Positions 1 to 5,565 of a DNA stretch of 6,434 nucleotides are shown here, piece after piece. Source of the DNA: a virus (taxonomy: Duplodnaviria > Heunggongvirae > Uroviricota > Caudoviricetes); the IMG/VR virus record IMGVR_UViG_2703719368_000016; one strand, given 5' to 3'. Within the stretch, counting starts at the first letter, position 1; each line of letters opens with the position of its first letter. The notes beneath the pieces were generated by a model, which ran no database searches, was not told the DNA's origin, and was given only the letters and a program-made list of their open reading frames with translations. Both the position numbers and the translations under genes were made by a program.

Positions 1-402
1 TCGCTCACTACAGCTTATCCAATCATCCAGAGTTACCGGATAGTTGGTTGACGTTTCCGAGATTTCCCGAAAATTATTGGTTGACGAACCCTTTTTTTCC
101 CGAAAGTTTCCAGCCTGAAGCATGGCGGCGCTGTCTGGCGGGGCAGCATATAGCGGCACGTATATTTCCGGTTCCTTATCAGCACCGGGTTGCTCTTCCA
201 GTGAGAATGTCTTTCCGGTAAATCGATTCATATAAAGCACGGGCTCTGCTTCCAGCGAAGCCTGAGCAACAAGGGCCAGTGCTAAATCCAACTCAATTGC
301 CTCGAGAGAATTTTTGAATGCTGTCTGTTTTACTGCAAATTTCATCGCCTTTACATTTTCACTAACATGACTGATTAACTGCTCTTTTGTAAAAGTGGTC
401 AT
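1..402 (-). CDS. Hypothetical phage protein, N-terminal 134 codons only (ORF runs off the window start)
   Basis: Minus-strand ATG at 402-400 preceded by AAGGAG (revcomp of 408-413); open in frame to position 1 with no stop (MTTFTKEQLISHVSENVKAMKFAVKQTAFKNSLEAIELDLALALVAQASLEAEPVLYMNRFTGKTFSLEEQPGADKEPEIYVPLYAAPPDSAAMLQAGNFREKKGSSTNNFREISETSTNYPVTLDDWISCSER...). Absent from the ORF track because it is truncated. No family recognised. Confidence 0.45.
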   Translation of the reverse strand, partial: MTTFTKEQLISHVSENVKAMKFAVKQTAFKNSLEAIELDLALALVAQASLEAEPVLYMNRFTGKTFSLEEQPGADKEPEIYVPLYAAPPDSAAMLQAGNFREKKGSSTNNFREISETSTNYPVTLDDWISCSER

Positions 403-458
403 CTCATTCTCCTTTGATGCGAATGCCAGCGACAATTGAAGCCTGATAGCTAATTCAC

Positions 459-854
459 TCACAGTACCGCCTCCTGAAAATTGCCCTGATAGAACGCCAG
501 TACACGCAGCATAACTTCACTCTTCCGGCACTCGCCACAGATTATGTTCTGTTGTCTGTCGTAGCGGCGTATTTCTCCGTCTGGTAACTTTCGAATCAAT
601 GTCTGGTCGGTTGCTTTCTCCGCTGCCTTACGCCATACGCGATACACCTGTTCTGATGTAAAAACACCGTATTTACCGGGCATGTATAAATCGCCACAAG
701 CCAGTACATCCACAAGGCAACGTCTGACTGAATGCCAGCCTGCTCCCGTCGCTCTCTCCAGTTGTGATATCGTCATGCGTTCATTTTTGCGTACCAGCCC
801 GATAATTCGGGCCTTCAGTTCTTCACGCTGTTCGTGTGTAAAAGGTTTCGCCAT
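459..854 (-). CDS. Hypothetical small protein (131 aa) with a probable helix-turn-helix segment
   Basis: Complete ORF with ATG at 854-852 and GGAGG RBS (revcomp of 861-865), 15 nt after the stop of the upstream gene. The segment MTISQLERATGAGWHSVRRCLVDVL has an HTH-like pattern. Function unknown. Confidence 0.5.
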   Translation of the reverse strand: MAKPFTHEQREELKARIIGLVRKNERMTISQLERATGAGWHSVRRCLVDVLACGDLYMPGKYGVFTSEQVYRVWRKAAEKATDQTLIRKLPDGEIRRYDRQQNIICGECRKSEVMLRVLAFYQGNFQEAVL

Positions 855-869
855 AAGCGCCTCCGGCTA

Positions 870-1639
870 TCACTTTTCCGATACAACACGGCGGGAAGAA
901 TCAGTAATCTGTCGAACAATATCCCGGTGCTTGTTCAGCTCCCGCAGCGCGGCGCAGACTCGCTCCCACTTCTGAACATCACTTTTCGCCCTGCGCAGCG
1001 CCAGGTTTGCCCTGCGCAGGGACGGAAAAATCAGCTCATCTGCTTGCGTTTCGGTAAACGATGGCAACGGCTGCACAATGTCCGCCACAGTTTCTGTTTT
1101 AATTTCTTCCTGTGTTGCGGCTTCCCGGACTGGTAACGCAGCACCTGCTGGCTGAGGAAAGGCCTTACCATCATTTTTCGTTACCGGCGCGGCTTTCGGA
1201 TCTGCTGGTAAATTACCCCCCGACATGCAGTAACGAAATTTACCGTTCTGATTAACGCGTGCCAGCCGCCCCGTTGCGGTTACCACCGCCAGCGTGGAAG
1301 CAACCTTGCGAGTACTGACGCCGAACTTACCCGCCAGTTCCTCACACGTTTTAGCACCATCCTGACCGATAAACTCAACCATCATGTCTGCGGTAACTTT
1401 TGGAGCGACCTCTTCGGTTACCACATCCGGCGCTTCAGGTTGTAGTGCCTGCCCTTCGGTTACCCCGGCTTCACCTTCGACAGCCAGAAACCAGGTGTGA
1501 CCCGTTTTATCAACAACGCCATTTTTTTGAGTTCCCACAGTTCGTTAAGAACTTCTTCACGGCTGATATCAAGCCGCGCCGCCAGTTCAACAGAATTGGC
1601 TTTTCCCATCGCTTTCAGTGCATGCAATACAGTTTCCAT
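870..1639 (-). pseudogene. Tandem winged-helix protein gene interrupted by a frameshift at an A7 run (7 T on plus strand, 1522-1528); could be a sequencing error, a pseudogene or a slippage site
   Basis: ATG at 1639-1637 with GAGGT RBS gives [39 protein letters not shown], then reads on to a TAA at 1462-1460 (59 aa). The -1 frame continues [18 protein letters not shown]... for 217 codons to the stop at 872-870 (track ORF 870..1538, which begins at a GTG with no RBS). One extra A would fuse them into a 256-aa protein with a well-formed winged helix across the junction ([20 protein letters not shown]). A second wH-like unit follows (MMVEFIGQDGAKTCEELAGKFGVSTRKVASTLAVVTATGRLARV). Confidence 0.5.
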
Positions 1640-1664
1640 CGAAAATTTACCTCGTCAAAAATTC

Positions 1665-2405
1665 TCACATACCCTGACGTCCAACGTTTGACCGCCAGCT
1701 CTCCCAGTTAAAATTCACCCAACGACCACCATTCATGGTCATACGGTCCATCACCCGATCTCCGAGGAGTGTGCTCATCGCTGCGTGATTCAGGTTCGTC
1801 AGCATTCCGACACTACGCATCGAAGCCGTTCTGCGGTCGACTATCTGGTTCAGCGTGACCTGCTCGTTGCGCGTATCCCGCTGCATGCCAATTTCATCAA
1901 GGACCAGAAGGTCAACTCCACAAAGCTCCTGTAAAAATTTTTCCCCGGACTGGCCGTTGTCGTAGCCGTCATGCAACACGCTCATGACATCGGACACGGT
2001 GACGATAATCACGCTTCTCCCCTTCGCCATCAGCCGATTGCCAATCGCTGCTGCCAGGTGATTTTTACCGGTACCAGGTTTACCGCTGAACACGAAGTTT
2101 GTACATCCGGTCATCAATTCATCGGCAATGGATTTCGCCTGGCTCAGAGCATGGCGCTGACCGTCGTTCTGCACCCGGTAGTTCCCGAATGAGCACTTCC
2201 TGTGAAGCGGCTGGATGCCCGCACGGTTCAGGATTTTTTCAACCCGCACCTGATGATTCAGGCGGTTAATCTCCTCGCTGCGTTTTCGTCCTTCAGCAAG
2301 TTGCCATTCCCGCCACTCCTCCACCGTCCGGTACGGTGGAACCGCCCCCTGTGGTGCAAGTCTGCGAATACGTTCAAGAACCCCAACTGCCGCAATGTTT
2401 TTCAT
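1665..2405 (-). CDS. DnaC-like helicase loader ATPase (AAA+, IstB/DnaC family), 246 aa; same size and position as Rac YdaV
   Basis: Walker A GKPGTGKNHLAAAIG and Walker B DLLVLDEIG are present. ATG at 2405-2403 with AGGGGG RBS overlapping the upstream stop; only 6 nt separate it from the initiator gene. This is the usual initiator-then-loader order of lambdoid replication modules. Confidence 0.85.
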   Translation of the reverse strand: MKNIAAVGVLERIRRLAPQGAVPPYRTVEEWREWQLAEGRKRSEEINRLNHQVRVEKILNRAGIQPLHRKCSFGNYRVQNDGQRHALSQAKSIADELMTGCTNFVFSGKPGTGKNHLAAAIGNRLMAKGRSVIIVTVSDVMSVLHDGYDNGQSGEKFLQELCGVDLLVLDEIGMQRDTRNEQVTLNQIVDRRTASMRSVGMLTNLNHAAMSTLLGDRVMDRMTMNGGRWVNFNWESWRSNVGRQGM

Positions 2406-2411
2406 GACACG

Positions 2412-3374
2412 TCACCCCCTGAATCCCGGCGGTATTTCAGTGTCCGGTTCAGAAATGTGATTCACGCAACGCTGCGCGGGCGAACGCCCCAGGCGGATAA
2501 CCAGTTCATCCCATTTTTCCCGGAGTTTTGCCGGACTCATGATGTTTTTTACCCAGAACGAATCCCGCTGGAGACGCCCAAACATTTCACAAATTTGTCT
2601 GTGAGTTCTGCCATCCAGCATCCGCATTGTCCGCACGTCATTGGCCCATGCAGTCCAGTTGGGTTCTTTCGGTCTCGTGATCTCGCCATCATCGCTGGCC
2701 GCCTGCTCGTAAAGACTCACGATTCGTCCCCAGATCCACTGTGCGCACACCAAATCTTCCTGACTTCCCCACTGGCGTTTTTTCGCACTGAACACAACCG
2801 CGTCAGGGTGTCGGGTTAAAAAATTCTGTTCAGCCGTCTGCGGGTCCGGTTGCGAAGCGTCCGGACAAGAAGATCTTTTATCTGACGGATCAGGTTTTAA
2901 TACTGACGGATCGGGGTCAATCATCGCCCCCCTAATCGGCAGTTTGTTATCAACAGTTGATCCATCAAAATTTGACGGGTCAACCGTTGAGGGGGCAATA
3001 TTTGACGGGTCAACTGTTAACGGGTCATTTTTTGCCGGGCTAATTTTTCTTTTCGGTTTATATGACTCACGCGCCGCCGCAGCAGCTGCTTCGAGTTTTT
3101 CCACATTAAGCCGATAGATATTGCTTACATTACGCCCACCGACCTTACGCTCTTCCTTCGTCAGCCAGCCCTCTTTCGCCAGTTCTGCAATAGCCGATTT
3201 CACTGTGGATTCACTTCTTGCACCGATCTGACGCCGGATAGTTTCAATGGCAGGCCATGACACGCCCTCGTCATTGCTGTAGTCTGCAAGACGGGCCATA
3301 ACCGCCACCCTGGATAAGATCATGCCGGTGAAGGCGCACCCTTCCCAGACAAGACCATGAAGCTTGCTGCTCAT
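2412..3374 (-). CDS. Phage replication initiator: N-terminal winged-HTH DNA-binding domain, Pro/Asp/Ser-rich linker, C-terminal domain
   Basis: The track ORF starts at GTG 3389; I prefer ATG 3374 (MSSKLHGLVW...) with GGGGG just upstream. The N-terminus (LADYSNDEGVSWPAIETIRRQIGARSESTVKSAIAELAKEGWL) matches the HTH pattern of phage replication initiators. The linker encodes TVDPSNIAPSTVDPSNFDGSTVDNK from the DNA iterons. It sits directly upstream of the DnaC-like gene. Confidence 0.75.
   Translation of the reverse strand: MSSKLHGLVWEGCAFTGMILSRVAVMARLADYSNDEGVSWPAIETIRRQIGARSESTVKSAIAELAKEGWLTKEERKVGGRNVSNIYRLNVEKLEAAAAAARESYKPKRKISPAKNDPLTVDPSNIAPSTVDPSNFDGSTVDNKLPIRGAMIDPDPSVLKPDPSDKRSSCPDASQPDPQTAEQNFLTRHPDAVVFSAKKRQWGSQEDLVCAQWIWGRIVSLYEQAASDDGEITRPKEPNWTAWANDVRTMRMLDGRTHRQICEMFGRLQRDSFWVKNIMSPAKLREKWDELVIRLGRSPAQRCVNHISEPDTEIPPGFRG
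2950..3066. repeat. Origin-like iteron cluster with adjacent AT-rich tract, embedded in the initiator gene linker
   Basis: Three near-palindromic sites TCAACnGTT(G/A)A at 2950-2960, 2980-2990 and 3010-3020, exactly 30 bp apart. Two 20-bp direct repeats TTTGACGGGTCAAC(C/T)GTT(G/A)A at 2971-2990 and 3001-3020. An AT-rich stretch follows at 3028-3066 (ttttttgccgggctaatttttcttttcggtttatatg). This parallels lambda ori lying inside gene O. Confidence 0.5.
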
Positions 3375-3396
3375 AAAACCCCCGAACACCGTGCTT

Positions 3397-3822
3397 TTAG
3401 TGCATCACCACAGCATTCCCTGCCGGGCCGCCGCGATTCATCTGGTCATACAAAACAACCGCTGACGCAACAAAATCATCGACATCCTTCACCAGCCGAT
3501 CCCTCCGTTCGACGATCTCACGGTAATATTCAGAACTGTGGCTGCGCATACGGGCCACCAGCAAAGGCGGCATCGCCTTTTCGATCGCCGGTAACAGAGC
3601 CTGCATTTTTTCAACAGCATCAGGGGTGTCTTTATCCAGCCAACGGAAAATTTTCTGGGTATTACGGGCCAGGGCTTCCGGATGGCTGTCGTCATACAGT
3701 TCCGGGAACGTCATTCCCAGCTCGAAATACGCTTTGGTAATTTTCGCAGCCGGTACTTTTTCGCCGTCCGGATGCGCCCAGACATTCATCGCCATGCGGA
3801 TGTGTTCATGCTTGATTTTCAT
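3397..3822 (-). CDS. ydaT: YdaT-like protein (reported CII-like regulator of Rac/CP-933P-type prophages), 141 aa
   Basis: Complete ORF, N-terminus MKIKHEHI..., C-terminus ...VVMH. Its ATG (3822-3820) overlaps the stop of the upstream Cro-like gene in an ATGA arrangement. Family assignment is from memory of YdaT and from gene order, not from a search. Confidence 0.6.
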   Translation of the reverse strand: MKIKHEHIRMAMNVWAHPDGEKVPAAKITKAYFELGMTFPELYDDSHPEALARNTQKIFRWLDKDTPDAVEKMQALLPAIEKAMPPLLVARMRSHSSEYYREIVERRDRLVKDVDDFVASAVVLYDQMNRGGPAGNAVVMH

Positions 3823-4121
3823 GAATCAACTCCATCAGATAAGCATGCACTACAATCACCTTCAGCATGAACTACATGTGTTTGCCCCAAACGAATGCCG
3901 CTCGCATACTCAGGCCAAATAAGCTCCCAATCATGGGGTCGTAGCTCCGCCCTACTTACTTGGCCTTCCGTCGCAGATTCGATCATAAGGGCGCGGGTTG
4001 GAGATATAGCTGTTCGTCCAGACGCCATTTGCGATAAGTAAGATGGCGATACACCAAGTCTGGCCGCGAATTTCTTAGCATCACCAACCCTTAATGATTT
4101 AATAAACTCTTTTAATGTCAT
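3819..4121 (-). CDS. ydaS: Cro-like HTH regulator of the YdaS family, 100 aa
   Basis: ATG at 4121-4119 with GAGGAAGG RBS (revcomp of 4123-4130). HTH segment AKKFAARLGVSPSYLSQMASGRTAISPTRAL followed by an ELRPhDW motif as I recall for YdaS. Divergent from the repressor gene across an operator-rich intergenic region. Confidence 0.65.
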   Translation of the reverse strand: MTLKEFIKSLRVGDAKKFAARLGVSPSYLSQMASGRTAISPTRALMIESATEGQVSRAELRPHDWELIWPEYASGIRLGQTHVVHAEGDCSACLSDGVDS

Positions 4122-4218
4122 ACCTTCCTCGGTTTAGTGTTTTTTTGCGAGTTTAGTGTTTAATAAACCATTAAGTCAAGTATTTGCTTGTTTAGTGATT
4201 ACTAAAGATAATTACCAC
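4122..4218. promoter_or_regulatory. Divergent promoter/operator region (OR-like): PR-like promoter for the cro-like operon, PRM-like promoter for the repressor, repeated operator motifs
   Basis: GTTTAGTG at 4132-4139, 4151-4158 and 4190-4197. Near-palindromes GTTTAATAAAC (4158-4168) and TTTAGTGATTACTAAA (4191-4206). Minus strand: TTGACT (plus 4174-4179), 18-nt spacer, TAAACT (plus 4150-4155). Plus strand: TTGCTT (4184-4189), 17-nt spacer, GATAAT (4207-4212), ending 6 nt before the repressor ATG. Confidence 0.55.
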
Positions 4219-4590
4219 ATGCAAAAAAAAGAAATTCGCCGTTTACGTCTCAAGGAGTGGTTTAAAGATAAAACTCTGCCACCCAAAGAGAAGAGCTACC
4301 TATCTCAACTAATGAGTGGGAGAGCCTCGTTTGGAGAAAAGGCTGCCAGAAGAATAGAGCAAACATACGGGATGCCGGAAGGGTATCTGGATGCGGAATA
4401 CGCAGAACAACCGGGGGGTTCTCCACCACATGCAGGGTTAACGTCTAATCAACTGGAATTATTGCAGATTTTTTCAGCCTTCCCTGAGGATGAGCAACGC
4501 CAGATAATCAGCGAGTTAAAGCAGAAAAAAGAATCAATGGAAGATCTCATAGCGAGATGGATTGCGGCGCAAAAATGCCGCCGCGCCTGA
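4219..4590 (+). CDS. paaR2: CI-like prophage repressor, short form (123 aa) with N-terminal HTH and no S24 peptidase domain; PaaR2-like
   Basis: The track ORF starts at GTG 4156 with no RBS; I prefer ATG 4219 (MQKKEIRRLRLKEWF...), which sits right after a -10-like GATAAT and so implies a leaderless mRNA. HTH: KEKSYLSQLMSGRASFGEKAARRIEQTYGMPEGYLD. The C-terminal part is too short for a LexA-type autocleavage domain. Symbol given from recalled architecture, unverified. Confidence 0.65.
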   Translation: MQKKEIRRLRLKEWFKDKTLPPKEKSYLSQLMSGRASFGEKAARRIEQTYGMPEGYLDAEYAEQPGGSPPHAGLTSNQLELLQIFSAFPEDEQRQIISELKQKKESMEDLIARWIAAQKCRRA

Positions 4591-4610
4591 GTTATAAAAC
4601 CGGAGGAAAC

Positions 4611-4802
4611 ATGAATAGAGCCCTTTCACCAATGGTTTCTGAATTTGAAACCATTGAACAAGAAAACAGTTACAACGAATGGCTGCGTGCGAAAGTAGCA
4701 ACGAGCCTTGCAGATCCGCGCCCAGCAATTCCCCATGACGAAGTTGAGCGCAGAATGGCAGAACGCTTTGCTAAGATGCGCAAGGAACGGAGCAAGCAGT
4801 AA
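4611..4802 (+). CDS. paaA2: Type II antitoxin, 63 aa, partner of the ParE-family toxin; PaaA2-like
   Basis: ATG 4611 with GGAGG RBS at 4602-4606 (the track's 4557 start would overlap the repressor gene and has no RBS). Product MNRALSPMVSEFETIEQENSYNEWLRAKVATSLADPRPAIPHDEVERRMAERFAKMRKERSKQ. Stop TAA 4800-4802 lies one nucleotide before the toxin ATG. Confidence 0.75.
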   Translation: MNRALSPMVSEFETIEQENSYNEWLRAKVATSLADPRPAIPHDEVERRMAERFAKMRKERSKQ

Positions 4803-4803
4803 A

Positions 4804-5082
4804 ATGTTACCCGTGTTATGGCTTGAAAGCGCAGATACCGACCTAGATGATATAACTAGTTATATTGCTCGTTTCGACATAGATGCGGCTGAACGCTTAT
4901 GGCAGCGATTAAGGGGTTGTGTGCTGCCGTTATCCGAACATCCGTATTTATACCCACCAAGCGACAGAGTACCTGGCTTGCGTGAGATTGTAGCCCACCC
5001 TAACTATATAATTCTATACCGCGTAACAACATCAAGCGTTGAAGTAGTAAACGTGATCCACGCAAGACGCCAGTTTCCCTAA
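4804..5082 (+). CDS. parE2: ParE/RelE-superfamily toxin, 92 aa; ParE2-like
   Basis: ATG 4804, in frame with track ORF 4708..5082 but placed immediately after the antitoxin stop. The C-terminus ...HPNYIILYRVTTSSVEVVNVIHARRQFP matches the conserved ParE/RelE motif (Y-R-I/V ... I-x-R-V/I-x-H-x-R-R). The small, tightly coupled antitoxin-then-toxin order is typical of type II TA operons. Confidence 0.8.
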   Translation: MLPVLWLESADTDLDDITSYIARFDIDAAERLWQRLRGCVLPLSEHPYLYPPSDRVPGLREIVAHPNYIILYRVTTSSVEVVNVIHARRQFP

Positions 5083-5100
5083 CTTTCACTACCAATAGAA

Positions 5101-5147
5101 ACATAACAACCGCAACGACTTTATCAAAAGCGTTGTGTTTGTTATGT
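5101..5147 (+). terminator. Long imperfect hairpin just after the toxin stop; possible terminator or insulator between the repressor-TA operon and the downstream promoter
   Basis: ACATAACAACCGCAACG (5101-5117) pairs with CGTTGTGTTTGTTATGT (5131-5147): a 17-position stem with one mismatch and one G-U, 13-nt loop. It is followed by cccgcgGTTTAGTTTTTA, U-rich but not a canonical adjacent U-tract. Confidence 0.35.
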
Positions 5148-5151
5148 CCCG

Positions 5152-5200
5152 CGGTTTAGTTTTTACTTGACTTAAGTTTAATGTTTATTAAACTAAAAAT
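5152..5200 (+). promoter_or_regulatory. Second operator/promoter copy (OL/PL-like, or PdicB-like) directing rightward transcription
   Basis: TTGACT (5167-5172), 16-nt spacer, TAAACT (5189-5194): the same hexamers as the PR-like promoter. Operator-like GTTTAGT at 5154-5160 and GTTTATTAAAC at 5183-5193, the latter the exact reverse complement of GTTTAATAAAC at 4158-4168. The block 5175-5194 matches 4150-4169 at 17 of 20 positions. Confidence 0.45.
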
Positions 5201-5489
5201 ACCAACCCACCCCGCCCCACAGAACGCAGGGAAATACTTCGAGTTACCCGGCAGTGGTCAGGGGTTAAGTAGCCAGCCCGAGGCGTATGAACATGACGGC
5301 AGGGTTCAACTTTAATAACTATGCAGCAGGTTTTTGTTCCGCTACCCCGGCGTTAAGGGGAAACAGAGGGTTTCTCAGTGGGCGAAGTCAAACATCAGAA
5401 TGGAAGGCATCCCGGGATCGGCAAAGAAGCAGCAATGGCGCTTTATATTGACATCAGCGCCATTGCAGGACAGGTAAGAGTTATCAGAG

Positions 5490-5565
5490 NNNNNNNNNNN
5501 NNNNNNNNNNNNNNNNNNNNNNNNNNNNNNNNNNNNNNNNNNNNNNNNNNNNNNNNNNNNNNNNN
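5490..5565. other. Run of 76 N (assembly gap or masked sequence)
   Basis: Literal n characters in the sequence. Any ORF crossing it is unreliable and true spacing is unknown. Confidence 0.99.

Noticed and set aside
682-1136. Plus-strand ORFs 682..975 and 834..1136
   Set aside because: They lie antisense to the better-supported minus-strand genes (459..854 and 870..1639), have no RBS, and their products are low-complexity. Shadow ORFs.
1400-1711. Plus-strand ORFs 1400..1711 and 1497..1691
   Set aside because: Antisense to the frameshifted winged-helix gene and the DnaC-like gene end; no RBS; Ser/Arg-rich translation typical of shadow frames.
1971-2819. Plus-strand ORFs 1971..2192 and 2202..2819
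   Set aside because: Fully antisense to the DnaC-like and initiator genes, which have clear motifs (Walker A/B, wHTH). The antisense products are His/Pro/Arg-rich with no recognisable domain.
3357-3922. ORFs 3357..3740 (+), 3489..3695 (-), 3626..3922 (+) and 3682..3870 (+) overlapping the YdaT-like and Cro-like genes
   Set aside because: All overlap the coupled Cro-like/YdaT-like pair in other frames or antisense, with no RBS and implausible composition.
4156-4218. Upstream start (GTG 4156) for the repressor, and ATG 4557 for the antitoxin, as listed in the ORF track
   Set aside because: GTG 4156 has no Shine-Dalgarno and lies inside the operator/promoter block. ATG 4557 would overlap the repressor gene by 34 nt, whereas ATG 4611 has a GGAGG RBS. 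The shorter starts are preferred.
4534-4728. Minus-strand ORF 4534..4728 across the repressor/antitoxin junction
   Set aside because: Antisense to the antitoxin gene and the repressor 3' end; no RBS; the sense-strand genes have strong signals.
5287-5451. 54-codon ORF (MNMTAGFNFNNYAAGF...) with GAGG 3 nt upstream of the ATG
   Set aside because: Gly/Arg/Ser-rich low-complexity product, RBS spacing too short, and it ends inside the 5432-5466 palindrome. Not convincing as a gene.
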